From the NCBI GenBank assembly GCA_039545335.1, contig BCIN01000008.1, positions 124,001 through 188,000 of the forward strand: 64,000 nt of DNA. The letters run 5' to 3'. The notes under the pieces are model-generated. The model saw nothing but the letters and a program-made list of their open reading frames with translations, searched no databases and was not told the origin of the DNA. Made by a program: the position numbers and the translations under genes. Positions 43,182 through 56,800 of the stretch are shown piece by piece (positions within the stretch are counted from its first letter, which is position 1; each line of letters begins with the position of its first letter). Origin of the DNA: Kondoa subrosea. Lineage: Eukaryota.

Positions 43182-44907
43182 ATGAACTTCTCATTACAAA
43201 TCCACGATGCGGCAAGGCGTACGAGCTGATCCTGTGGTCTTCACACCAGCCGATTCAATACAGGAGATTCCTTTGGCGTTCGTTCTATTCCCGCTCATTG
43301 GTCATTAATCGAGCCAAATGACAGATTCGGTTGGATGCTAGTTTTGCTGCTTCAAGGCACTCTCTTACAATACAAGAACACTCAGAAATGGAGACTAGCT
43401 TTAGCACCACTCATCATAGCTTGGGCGACACGTTATTCGATGCGATACAGCTTTGGTGCTTCACTGCTAGATGTAGTTTTCATGGGCTTGATTGGTGCTT
43501 ACGGCATCATGAAAGCGCTAGAATGGGCTTTCAGACCGGAAGAAGAGTATGTATGGAAAGGACAGACCAAGGAGACTGGTCTAGCTTACGGGTGGAATCT
43601 CATAATCTCGCTGAGGTAAGCGCCTTTGTATACGCCAAGAAGTGTCGTAATCGTCTGCAGAGGTATTGATTGGTCTTGGGGCGTACCGAAAGAAAGATTG
43701 CCAGCTGCTGAATCAAATGAAAGGATACCGTTTGTAATTGGCATTTTCAAGAGATTGGCTTTATGGCACACCCTCATGCTCATCTTCATGATACCTCTTT
43801 GCAACATGACTCAGTACGGGAAGGGAACGATACAAGATTATTTACGCAGTTTTGGGTTACCTGAATTTGAAGGGTTTGACTTTTTTGGTCAAGTCGTGCA
43901 AGCAATTTGCCTGGGTCAATCAGCGTGAGTTCATCTTAGCCGCTTATAATCTCTCCAACACATCTCATAGCTTCGCTGGAATTGAATTTGGTTGCGCCTT
44001 ATGGACTTTCCTCGTCTTTCTTGGACAAAGCGTCTTGCATCAATTCGGTATGGTTTCAGCTTTCGATGCCTCGAGGTGGCCTACTCTGTTCAAGGATCCT
44101 TGGGATCTGACTTCTCTGAATGATCTTTGGTCCAGGCGCTGGTAAGCTGTCTTTTCACTTTACCTAATCTTGTCGATCTAACATGTTCATCAGGCATGCC
44201 ATATTCTTTGTTAGTCAGCTTCTACACGCTACATCTGACTGCTTATCTTTGGACTGTAGCGAATCTTCATCGCTTCTGGTTTGAAACCTGGTAGAGCTCT
44301 TTTCCGATGGACGGGAAGGAAAGTCAGTCTAGCCATAGGATTGATATGTGCTTTGTGAGCCTTTCATATCATCTATGAGCTGACCTCTTGCTGAATTGAT
44401 CTCACAGTGCCATCTCTGGACTTATGCATGAATTTGTAACTGATCTTTTAGCATGACTAATCGATCTACAAGCTGAATTCAAGCAACACAGGCTCTATGG
44501 ACAGCTCAGCGGCATTTGGGCATCGATTTCGATTGGCGATTTACCACAACGCGTTTCTTCTTGCTTCAAGGTAATTGATCCTTTCTAATCGATTGTCTGC
44601 GCTAATCTCAAACATCTCAAGTTGCTGGAATCTTCCTTGAGCAGTTCTACACAGCTATCACTGGATACAAAGTCAACGGATTGCTAGGGAAATTATGGGG
44701 AATCGCTTGGTTGTTCACGACGACTACTTACCAAGTCAGTGAATGGTAAGCTTCGTCCTGCTATTGTATTGAAGTAGTGCTAACGCCTTGAGAAGGATTG
44801 ACAAGGGTTTAGCAAGTGGGTTACCTCCAACTTCAAATTGGCAGATGATAAGGTATTTCACGCCGTTTGCGACCATGCTCCCAAAGCACATCTTGACAAA
44901 GTCGTGA
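43182..44907 (+). CDS. Membrane-bound O-acyltransferase (MBOAT_2 / wax synthase-like)
   Basis: LISLRGIDWSWG, WPTLFKDPWDLTSLNDLWSRRWH, ISGLMHE; start exon tentative. Confidence 0.85.
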
Positions 44908-44994
44908 AAATGTATAATACACTGAAAATGTTCTCCCTTGACATTTTGACACTTTGTTTGTTTTTCACGTAAATTGGCTTGATCTCATGTGATC

Positions 44995-47900
44995 ATGTCC
45001 TCAATTTCGAGCAAACCGATTCGCAAGAAAGCTAGACTGTCTTCTGAAGTACCTGATGAGCGAGAGCAACGCGTTCGTTTCAATCCTTTCGACGATGAGA
45101 AGTCATCCAGTGAAGCTGCAGTGGAGCAAGAATTTCTTGAGCCTGCTCGAGTGGTCTTAGCAATCACCAATTACAAACGATCTACAGCTGCTGCTGCTTA
45201 TGACAGCTCTGTCAACAAGATCTATGTGTTTGAGGACAGCAGGGATGAATCGCTCGACCTTGTTATGACTAGTTAGTCCTTTTGCATTCCCTACACTCCT
45301 AGAGAGCTGATCGATATGTTCAGTCATCGAGCAAGTCACACCCCATGTTCTATTGGTCTCATCAAAGAGCGAGGAAACATTCATAGAGAAAGTCAAATCT
45401 AGTTGTGCGTAATGTCTCTCTCTGTGGTCAGTCACGCTGACGAGAGGGCAGTGCAAACTATCTCTGATGAAGAACATAGAGTGCAAGTCCGTCCGAGCAA
45501 AGAATGGCAAGCTGCTTCTGGTCGAGCTGGATTATGTGATTTACGTATCCTAAGTTTGGAACATGCCATTCACGAGAACAGCGGAGACCAAGAAAGGAAT
45601 TATACTCTGGCCTCGTTCGTAAATCTGGCTGCTAATGTCATGGTGAATTCTGCTGCGCCGTAATCCAAACAACAATTGCTGAATGAATCACAGATGTCGG
45701 CTGTTTCTTGCTTATTGGCTCATCTCGCTCGTAGCTCCATCGGAAGAGAAGACGAGATTGAAGGCTTCCACGAGGTGGATTCGATCGAGATGATCTCACT
45801 GTCCGCTTTGTCAAATTTGACTGAAGTTTGCGTCACTCAAATATGATCACAGGGACAAGATTCTGCAAATCAATATGGATGCCTTGATGTAGGCTGCAAA
45901 GTGTAAAGTATCGCTATAGCTGACTGTCTATCTAGATCGCTACAAGTCTTTAGCTCTTCTATTCAAACCGCTTCCGATCAGAAAAGTCTTTCTCTATTCG
46001 GTCTGTCGAAATTTTCCTTGATACACTCTTCAACTGATGGACTTGTAGCTCTTTTGAACTGTACCTGCACACCGCAAGGCAAATTACTTTTGCGTACCTG
46101 GATGCTGCGGCCAAGTGCTGAGACTGAAGTGATCAATAACAGACTAGATGTGGTCGAGCTATGTTTAAGAGGAGAAAATCGTCAGCTTTATGATTCCCTT
46201 GATTTAAACCTGCCTAATAATACATACAGAGCATCTTATGATCAATATTCGAAGTAGCTTGAAGAAAATCAAGAATGTTACTGCTGCTTTGAAAGCTGTT
46301 AAACTCAATCGAGCAAAATTGGGTGATTGGAATGTCATTCATCAGGTTGGAACAATTGATTTGCAACGATCAATCAACAGCTCAACAGTTGTATTTGACA
46401 GTTCATGACCAATATTCTTGCTGTTAGAGAATCGCTTTCTTCTATGTCGGGCGTCAGGAAAGTGGCTTTCTGCGACAAGGTCAGTCAAAGCGATTCGAGC
46501 ATCCGTCCAGGTCCTCTCAAACTTGAAATAGTTTCTTGAACTTTGCAGTCTTATCGATTATCATTACATGGCAAATTTGATCAACAACACAGTGAGTTAG
46601 ATGAGATATGTCTGTAATCCCGCAATCTTACAACAGCGACAGATTGACTGGAAAGAATCCAAAGTCCAGAACAAGCTCAGTATCCGACCTCAAGTAGATG
46701 AAGAACTCGATCGATTTCGAGAAGAATTCGCTCATCTACCAATCCGATTGGATCATATTGCTTCAGCTATCATCCAATCTTTACCTGAAGAATTCACTTA
46801 CCCGGTCAATGTGGTTTATTTCCCTTCACTTGGTTATTTATGTACTACGTCTGCTTTGGATTTCGAGCCTGCGGAAATGTATCATGATATGGAAGATTGG
46901 CAGCATCAGGTCAGCTCTTCAGGCATCAGCCTAGTCAAAGTTTCAGCTAAGCTTGCGATGCTCAGTTCACTACCGAAAGTTATGCGTACTGGAAGACTGA
47001 CAGGATGAGAGATCTGTAAGATGGTAGTTGTGCCGTGCATGCTGAAAACTAAGGCAGGACTGTGTAAACAGGGATGACAGTTTCGGTGATCTCGCTACTA
47101 TCATCCAAAATTTGGAGTTGGAAATCGGTCAGTACTGCAATTTGCTGCGAATTACTCTTTGTCTAAAGTTAACACAGTCATGCTACTGCGAGAGCAAGTG
47201 TTGGAACACGAGGTCGCGATTATCCTCATGTCAGAGGCAATCGGAGAACTTGATTGGTACGACCTTTTGTTGGTAACGTCGAGATAGCTCTGATCGCAAC
47301 ACAGTCTCCTCTCTTTTGCTACGGTATCGAAAGAACTCAATCTGGTGAGACCAAAAATGACCGAGGAAAACATTTGCAGGTGTGTGACCTCTATTGCTCT
47401 AACATTATTGCCTATGAGTGGTGAACAGAATTGTCGAAGGAAGACATCGTAGGTGCAGGCTATATACATTACATCATGGTTAAGCTTGCATCTAGCGATT
47501 GTGGAACTTCTAGTGGACAGCTTTGTTGGCAATGACTACTCTGGTGTAAGCACGTGATTGACTCCAAAAACTTATTGATGCGATTTTCAGGCTGGCGGTA
47601 ACGGTCTACGTGCAGAAGAAGACGAAGAGCAAGAAGATAGTCTGGACCCGAATTTGAGTATCCTTGTCGTCATGTAAGCCGTCTGTTTGGCCTTCGGCTG
47701 ATATCTGGCTCAGCTTTGTCAGGGGCGCGAAGTAAGTGCTTCTTCGGGCTTCCGTCGACTTGCAATGACAGTTTCCCTAGCGGAAGCGGCAAATCAGTCT
47801 ATCTCAAAAGTTCGTGATCGCCTTCTTCCAGGACCCCGTCTGGGCTTATAATCTATCAGCGGTGGCATTGATTGTCTACATGGCTCATGTTGGATGCTTT

Positions 47901-48915
47901 GTGCCTTGCACCAAGGTGTGACTGTCTCGAGCTGACTGTTCCGAGTCTGAGGTTGTGACAGGCTATGATCGGTATTACAGACAGTATTCAGACGCGAGTG
48001 TCGACTCGAGAATCTGTGACAAGGGTAGGAAAGTTTTATGTCACTGTTTATGCTAAAGCGACGTTCCGCGCAGGCCGCTTCGGCTTTTCTCATTGACCTT
48101 CAACAAAGTGAGTCTTCGCTCTCATTACTATCGCCTCGCTCAAGCCAAATCAGTCTCTTACCTATTACGCAACTCGACGTCCCGTTCGCTGTTGGTAGGT
48201 CTTTTGAATGGACACTCAAACAACTAACGATACGGTTCCAGCTCTGCGACGAATTTGGCAAAGCAAGTATTCTCGCCTGCATAGATGCTCTCGCTCAAAG
48301 TCTACGCAGGGAACAGAAACCTCTGACGGTAGCGCTCTGTTTCTTTCTTTGCTCGAGTATCTGGCCAATAAGGCTGAAGATTGTCCCCGAGCTCTACTGG
48401 CAACACACTTCCAAGACGTTATCGCTAACCGGAAATTATGCCCTGTTCGCTCGTCGCTCGGCCTAGCTCATATGGCTCTGTTGAGCGAGCAGAAGACTAG
48501 TCTGAGTGAGGTCACTTATACTTATCGGTGAGACTGCGGAAGATCGTTGGAAATTACTGATGTGCGCTGATGCTAGTCTGCAACCTGGAATTCTGAACTC
48601 GAGCTGTTAGTCACTTTCGATACATTCCATGCTGGCTCTGACTTTTAATGTTTAGACGCCTTGCACTGCGCTCGCCTACAAGGCGTTGCTGAAGAAGTTC
48701 TCGAACGAGCGGAGGAAGTCTCACAAGTCATGCTTTCTGACGGAGGTTGGACCGATCGCCTTGCTCTCGAAGATATGAATGCAGACGAGATTCTCGATGC
48801 TGAACTCGTAGCAAAGTCTTTTCTTGTTCTAGACCTCGACGAGCCAGGAATCGATGCGAGGGTGCTGTTGAAGGACATTCTGAGCCGTGTACAATCTGAA
48901 GCAGCTTCTACGTGA
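44995..48915 (+). CDS. MSH5: Meiotic MutS homologue 5 (more than 25 introns)
   Basis: [30 protein letters not shown]...[46 protein letters not shown]...DG, ATHF. Confidence 0.9.
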
Positions 48916-49009
48916 AGCATTGCTAATAAATCTTCACTCTCTGCTTTCAAATTAAAGTCTTGGCTTATCTCCTCGACTCGTTGATGCTATTTACATTATG
49001 TTCTCTTGC

Positions 49010-50651
49010 TTACAGTTTCGCGTTCGACTCGAAATGTAGTGAATATGACTTGCCAACTAAGGAGCAATACTTAGCAGTTGCAGAAATTGCCAAGAGGTTG
49101 GATTTACCTTGCTGCAATACATCACTCGTCTGCATCGCGCGTCCCACCTTCTCGAAAGCTAGCTTGGAGCACGTTCGCGTGACAGTCTGCCGTGCGCCGT
49201 TAGCGGTCAAGATGTGTTAATCGTCTGAATACTCACTGATGCGCCGTAAGCGGCTAAGAGAGGCATTCTATCCACGGATATCGGATTATTATCCCTATCG
49301 GCTTGATTAGCGAGATTGGCCTGGATCATCACGCCGCTTACTTTCCAACTCCCTCTTCATAGTTCTTAGCCTGTTGGGACAATCAGATCTGAAGTATCAA
49401 CCGCTATCGACCGCATTTTGCTTACCCATCCCAGAAAGCAAGCAGTTGTACCGCTCAGTACATCGCCTGTTGCCACATCAGGTAAGCTTTGCCGTCGTCT
49501 AAGCTGAAATAGTCTTACCCTGCCCTCCACATCGTTTCAGACCACCAGTCTCTTCACATCTTAAGATTTCTTTCCCATTCGAAATGATATCGGTCGACCC
49601 TTTCTGATTTATCGTTACATGACCTAAAGCAATAGCCAACTCTTTCGCTAATCCTTCTTTGGGTCCATTCTTATCTATACCCTGTGGAAATCACTATTGA
49701 ACATTGGACTGGGCAGAAGAAGGATAAAGTATCGTACCATCTTATCGCATAACCGAGAGAATTCAACCACATTTGGTGTAAGAACTGCTCGTTCGTATCC
49801 TTGAATAAGATCAGGTTCGTTCTGTATCAAGAATAATCCATCCGCATCTCTGCACCAAGGTTCAAAACAGGCAGCAAGTCTCTCTCCTAGACGAATTGCT
49901 TACATGACGATGAACATTTTGTTTTTCTTTGCGATTTCTACAGCCATCTTGGCAGCGGTTTGCATATAAGTTTCACGACCAACTGTCAGCATATTCGATC
50001 ATCGCTTCAGCCAATTTGGCTTGAGCGATGTATCACTGACGGCCTGGTCCAATCACGATAACATGTAATCGCGCCAGAAGCCCTTCGAGTTCTTTCTTCA
50101 AGTTCTCCGGATCACTTTTATTCATCATAAGCTTACATCCTTCTTCATTAGATTGGGGATACCTTACTATTGTTCCGTTATGATTCGATGAACGATTAGA
50201 TCAGGACTGTAAGTCTTGATAACTGATCCAGCATCCGGATCGCAAATGACATGACCTAAATCTGCTCCTAGAAGCATTGCAGAGTAGCAAGAGAAGTACG
50301 GCGCTAGGCCGCGGACAGATCTTAGCATTACTTCGAATGAGAAGTCTTTGAACTCGACACACCTCCAGTATAGCTGTGCGTCAATATCATTGAACCATGC
50401 CCAAGGACATAAAGTTACGAGATAGACGCACTCTTTACTGCCTCCTATCACTCCTACTCGACCTATTGAAAGCCCTCAGCAAGGCTCAATGAGATAAGCA
50501 ATAATACGTACCAGCTTGTCTTAACGATATGCAAGTCAACACGGGATCGCAAGTGGATCAAAGTAGAACCTTACCCCTTGTGCATCTCTGATGAGAGGGG
50601 CGGAATGAGTCTAGCGACTTCCTTGAGTACACTCGAAGCAGAGGAAGACAT
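49010..50651 (-). CDS. NNR2: ATP-dependent (S)-NAD(P)H-hydrate dehydratase
   Basis: [71 protein letters not shown]. Confidence 0.93.
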
Positions 50652-51095
50652 TCTGTTGTAATGGAGAAGGGGAGTTCGGAGAGGTATAGAACGCGCTAGA
50701 TATCTTTGCAGCTTGGATATTCAGGTACGGTTAAGATACTAGCAGCTAGGAGAAGATGGTTCGTGGTTCGTATCAAGAAAACGCAATTCTCAGATTTCGA
50801 TAATGTGGTCATCGAGTTGTGTTGGAAGCATTGTCTACTGTCAGTTGTACGCGACATCACGGTGAGGGATCCAATGGAGATCCAATAGGATCATTTGGTA
50901 AGGCCTACAGGGGCGCGAAATGCAATGCAGCATGTACAACAGGTCCGCATATACAACTCAAGCTGACCCGTTCGTATCCTTTGGGAACAAATGAGCCACG
51001 GATATGTAGAAGATAATTTGGCATACCGACGAACACAATGGAGTGCTTGCCTGAGCGAGAACTTCCAGTTTGCAATGAATGAAGTGGATCGAACA

Positions 51096-52362
51096 TTACA
51101 ACTGTGACGGCTGATTGAGCTGATACTATACACGGCAATCGGAGTGTTTCCAAATCTCACCTTTGATACATCCAAATCATGCTTTCCATGACTCAACTCA
51201 TTCCCATCTTCATCCACGCTAGGCAATTTCGCATACTTTTCAACAGGTGGAACAGCTCCTTTAGCCCATTCTGGATCTTTCTCCGAATCGTACACTATCT
51301 CTTCTAATTTATCGTTTGAAGAATTATCGACCATTTTCACTCGATGCACATGTTTGCTAATTGCTAGCTTTTTGACGTTTTCCGCGCTTTGTAATATAGA
51401 TTTCCGTATCTGTAAGCAAGTACGCTTCAGCGAAAGAGATCGCCATAAGAGGAGAGGAATTCAATTCACTTGCGAATCTGAAACATGTCGACCTGTAGCT
51501 TGTTCCCTCTTTTTCGCTCGTTCAAAGATAGTGTCTTCCCCAGCAAAGACAAAGACGATCTCCAAGAAATACCCAGCATCTCTATAAATCTTCATATGTT
51601 CTTCGAACCACTATCGGTATCACCAAAATATTCAGCTTGTGGTAACCTCTCTGATTGACTTGAACTGACACCACAATCCGATAACGATCCGTCAATGACC
51701 ATACTCCTCTTCTTTTCGAATGCAGCACCAGAGACTAATTCTTGCAGTAAACCTGCTTCTTGATGTAAAAGGGTTGAAGCTTTAGTGTGATTGTTATCAA
51801 GGTATTGCTGTCTTTCAGGAATCTTTCTTGCTAATCGATCTGGATCCACCCTATTATTTCTTGTTCGCTCAAATGTGATATCCAAAGTATTGTTAGGCTC
51901 ACCATACGAAATCTTGAGGCAATCTTATTTGATGCCTTTCTAACAAACTAGCCAAAACATGACTCTTGCCCTAGTGAAAACTGTATTAGACCACTGCTTC
52001 CGACTGAATGATGGGACAGAAAGAGAACGAACAGCACCCATTCCTCCAGCTGTGAAAATAACAACAGGTGTATCCAAACAACCTTTACTAGAAGTAGCTA
52101 ATTTCGGGCTAACGTTCAAAGCCACATGTACAATAGAATCTTGCATGAGCTGTCTTTCTTTCGTAGGCAGTTTATGATAAGTCCAATCCAACTCGCTTCT
52201 TACTTTCTTGTGTGATCCAAAATGGTTTCTCTCATCTGATAAATTGGATGGTACAACAGGTGAAGATTCTTGGTACAAATCCATTGTGCTGTATTCCATT
52301 TGAGAAGGAGTAAGTTTAGGTGCTGCATCTCGGAAATTCGTCGGGCTTGTAGGTTGAATCAT
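51096..52362 (-). CDS. Zeta-toxin-family P-loop kinase-like protein
   Basis: Spliced VVIFTAGGMGAGKSH (Walker A), VDPD, TLLHQEAG, MVIDGSL, RAKKREQATGRHV, VKMVDNS; last exon tentative. Confidence 0.8.
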
Positions 52363-53422
52363 AGTGTATGAAGACAAGGAACGACTACTATAAGCACTTA
52401 GAGATCGGCGGAGGGCCAGAATGATGGTATACAGGCGAGAGCAATTAAGTTGGATGATCGATGACAAACAAGCGGTGATGCATGAGTTACACGAGTGTTT
52501 ATTGAACATAACTTGTGTCTTAGCTTCAGGGCCAGCTATGATTCTACTTGAGGCAAAGACCACGGCCTAATGCCTTGAAATGCGTCATGTGCAATCATCC
52601 TGTAGTACCGCTAGTCAGTCGCGACGGGGTGATTAGTTTCCTTGATGATTGCAAGTAGTCACAGCTTGCAATTCGAACACTAGTAGCGACTCGCGAGCTG
52701 AAGATTTGCACCGCAGTGATCTACCAAAATGCTTGCATCAGATATGCGCGAGACCCAAAAAATGGAGATCAACTGACCCTCCCGAAGCCATTGTGAAAGT
52801 GTCATCGGTTGAACTACCAAACTATCACTCTGCAAGACATTGATAAGGATACATTTAATGATCGCCGGACAAGGAAGCAGTGAGAAAGGGGAAGAAATGA
52901 ATTTGAAGGAGAAGAAAGAGAACGAGTAACTTGTTCAGGAGACTTCTTTCGTTGTGATTGTTCATCAATGTAAGCTATTATTGGCCAACATACAGTATGG
53001 CACCGCCTGGCCAGAAGAAAAAACTGAAGGGATTGAGCCAAATTTGGCCAGCACAATGCCGAAACTAAAATGTGCTGTGCAAGGTAGAAACCTTCGAGCA
53101 GCAGCGAGCAGTCCTAAGCTGAAGCTTGCGGAGAAATATACAGAAAAGACAAATCGTAGTAGTATAGGTCGGACATTTAGGAAGATCGTGATACAAGAGA
53201 ACCTGAGCGCCTGAAAAGACCCTGGCTTGAAAAGACGAGACAGCGAGGAGCCAGACGACGACTAGCATCATACTGATCATCGTACCTTTCATTGCTTGCA
53301 ATTGAGTGCACATCACGTCATCACATCCAGTCGCTTATGCGGCCGCGGTCTCGAATGACCTGGAGTAGTACATAGCAAGGCAGCTGATTCGCCTTATTTC
53401 CTGACTAATTCGGGCGAGCAGG

Positions 53423-53430
53423 TATAAATA
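53423..53430 (+). promoter_or_regulatory. TATA box of the aldo-keto reductase gene
   Basis: TATAAATA about 50 nt upstream of ATG 53475. Confidence 0.55.
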
Positions 53431-53474
53431 AACCTCGAATTGTGGTCGTTGTCTTGTGCCAAACTACGACAAAG

Positions 53475-55216
53475 ATGACTGTGAGTTCTTCTTCCTGCCC
53501 TTAGACAGATACTCATCTATCTGTTAGTATCCTACACGAAAGATTGGTTCTGATGAGGTTGCTGCTATCGGATTGTGAGTTCGCAATGACGAGTCCATTC
53601 AACAACTGAAACTCTCGTGACAGTGGCGCTATGGGTCTATCAGTATGTGACCAGCTATCATTGCAATACTAAGTGACCGACAGCTCGGTGTGCGTAGGCA
53701 TTCTACGGCAACATCCTGTCTGACGAAGATAGCTTGAAAGTCATTAGTAAGCTTCTTAAGCCTCTTTATGAGCCAAGAATCATGCAGTGCACTTAGACAA
53801 AGCTATCGAGTTGGCAGAAGGCGGAAAGCTCATGATTGATACCGCTGACATGTAGTATGTTATGAGTAAGCATCATCGCTTTTGCTCAGATCTTTCCCAG
53901 CGGACAAGAAATGGGTCAGAATGAAAAGCTACTGGCTAAAGCTCTCAAAGATCCCAAGACGAGGGAGAAGGTTTACATTGCTACCAAATTCGCCAATTAC
54001 GTGAGTCAAAGGCTTTCCAAGTCACTACCTGCGTATTTACGCTGCTCTACCATGATTAGAAAGAACCAGGACCAGAAGGTGGACGTTCCATTCGCGGATC
54101 AAAGGAATACGTTCGATCAGCTATCGAGAAATCACTGACCGCTTTGGAACTCGACTACGTTGACCTGTACTATCAACATAGAGTGGATCGTACCATTCAG
54201 ATCGAAGAGACTTGGGGTGAGCTGAAAAAGCTAAAAGAAGAAGGCAAAGTCCGCAATCTTGGTATTTCAGAGGTCAGCATCTTGCTCGACACCGAGAGCT
54301 ATAGTCTCATTTCCGATCAGGCTACTCCGGATGAAATCAGACGCGCTCATGCTGTTACACCAATCACTGCTTGCCAAATTGAGTTCTCACCTTGTCAGTA
54401 TTCATTGTCCTCTGCACATTTGTTTAAGCTGAACCTTTTTTGTTGTTGTAAGGGACTCCAAACATTCGCGAGAATGGAATCTTGTCTACTTGCAGGGAAC
54501 TTGGAATCACTATCGTACCTTACTCGCCTTTGGGTCGTGGTTTCTTGACTGGTCAATACAAGTCAATCGATGATTTCGAGGATGGCGATTTCCGTAAATG
54601 TAAGCTGAAAACCCGTACTACGTCGTGCCTGTTGCTGAATTATATGACCAGACAACCCTCGCTTCACTGGTGAGAACTTCCAGAAGGTACATGGCACAAA
54701 TCATATATGAGCAGCGGTTATATGCTGACTGTATGGAATCGGCAGAACTACGCTATTGTTGAAGAGATGCAATCTTTGGCCACCAAAAAGAATTGCACAC
54801 CTGGACAGCTTGCTCTCGCTTGGATCTTGGCTCAAGGCGAAGACGTGAGTCTCTTTCTGAGATTCAATTGACTTGCGTTAATTATTTGATTCCAGTTCAT
54901 TCCTGTTCGTCACTTTGTCTGCCATGATCGAGCATAACTTGACATGAAACACAGATTCCTGGTACCAAGAAGGAGAAATACTTGGTAGAGAACATGAAAG
55001 CTGTTGATGTTAAACTCTCGAAAGACGAATTGAATGCCATCGATTCCTTGATTGCAAAGATTCCAGCTGTGAGTTGACATTTACGTCAGGTCTTCTTTTA
55101 CCTAATTCCCACATCCCAGGTCGGAGACCGCTACCCTGGGTGAGCTGCTCTATCTCAGATTCAGACCAAGGTCTAATGAGTTTGACAGTGCTTTTGCTGG
55201 TGCAAGTGCTTTCTGA
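53475..55216 (+). CDS. Aldo-keto reductase (AKR13/YakC-like)
   Basis: [60 protein letters not shown]. Confidence 0.93.
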
Positions 55217-55285
55217 GCAAAGACCTGAACGTATATATCATATGCAATACAATCTCATTTACTTGTGTTATCTTTGGCACCTGGA

Positions 55286-56701
55286 CTAAAATCTAAACAA
55301 GACTTTCCTGTTTCTATACCCTCGCAGTTGCGCAGCTATAGCATCTTTGACCCCTTGCAGAACTTCATCATCGCTCTTTCCCGAAAAGTCTAGTACTTGA
55401 CTTTGAGGAGGTACAAGTTTCTCTTGCAGCATCAATTCAGTCAATTTGTCAAACATTTTCGTTCTCTGCCTCGGATCGCGTGGTTGCCATTTAGATAGAT
55501 TGAAACCATGTGCTGATGATGTATTGTAGACGAAGTAAGTGGCTGGGAAAGGTAGTGGCTGTTTGCTTAGCGATCCATACGTTACTGTATTCGAGCCATC
55601 ATTGGAGCAGTCAACTAGTAAAGCCGAAAGACCAACCAAAATGTCCTCGATTGTTCAAAGCTTTGACCATAGGCAACGAATCTGGTCCACCAACGCAATT
55701 TAATGCGAGGTGTAGTTGTCCATTAGTCCATCCCCTGACTTTCTGCCTGAATTCTGGATCTTGTGATTCCTCATATGTGAGAACATGGTTCGCTCCTAGT
55801 GACCACAACATCTCTTTCGTTTCTTGTAAGTCTTTCCTGGATAGGATAAGCGAGATATCAGGATAGAGTTGTAGGTCTAGGTGCGAAATGACAAACGCAC
55901 CGATTTCGAATCAAATTGATAGTACCAGCACCGAAAGCTTTACAAATCTGAATCACAGCTTGTCCTACAGCGCTGTTTGCTCCATTCTGAATCACCCAAT
56001 CACCTGCTCTGAGGCCTACGAAATCTTTGAGCATTCGATAAGCTGTTGGCGGATTGACTTGCATAGTTGCAGCTTGAAGATCTGTCAGTTGAGATGATAC
56101 AGGATAGACTTGATTTGATGAGAACACTTGTCTAGTTTGCCATGTACCCATTTGCGGTCGATTCACTAGCGACATTAGCAAACATCAGATGATGATAAAT
56201 AGTAAAAGGAGAATGTGGGAAAAGACGAACTGATGACTTTGTCGCCTACTTTCATGTTTTCAACATTGGCCCCAATAGCTTCAATTTCCGCTACTCCTTC
56301 GTTACCGGAGATGAATGATGCTTCTCCCTTCACTAATGCCCGATCATGTGGTTTGAATGGATAACGACCTTCGAGGACATTGATATCGGCAGGATCTTGA
56401 CAAGGTCATAAGAACAAGGGTCAGGTAGAACAGAGAGACGAGAGAACAGACTAAGAGTAGACAATAGATGTTTTACCCGTACTTGATCTGGTTCTAGCAC
56501 ATCCGGAAGATCATAGTTGAAGAGTCGCAATACCTTTACAACGAATGTAATGAGAACGAAGCAGAAGAAACAGCGTATCAACGAAAGCACCTCAGTCGGT
56601 GAACCATTCTCCGAGAAACCAAGGGCACGAGAAGAGATTGCGCGCGCTCCAACAGTAGAGAAGATCACAGATGACTTTCTTGTCACCAGTGGCAGGTTCA
56701 T
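55286..56701 (-). CDS. ETR1: Mitochondrial trans-2-enoyl-[ACP] reductase
   Basis: PADINVLEGRY, GNEGV, GTWQT, AATMQVNPPTAYRML, GDWVIQNGANSAVGQAVIQ, LALNCVGG, VTYG. Confidence 0.93.
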
Positions 56702-56800
56702 AGTCAACCAAATGCCCGTTTGTTGTCTACTTTGGCCAGAAAATATATGACGAAAGGTCTTTCAGCAACGCTCATGCAAGCCTGATCTGCAAGTGCAAAC

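Noticed and set aside
50891..51349. Separate 152-aa gene
   Set aside because: Its N-terminal half is the in-frame C-terminal exon of the zeta-toxin-like gene
52600..53320. Possible minus-strand gene with a hydrophobic N-terminus
   Set aside because: No consistent spliced frame could be built; may be a relic or promoter DNA
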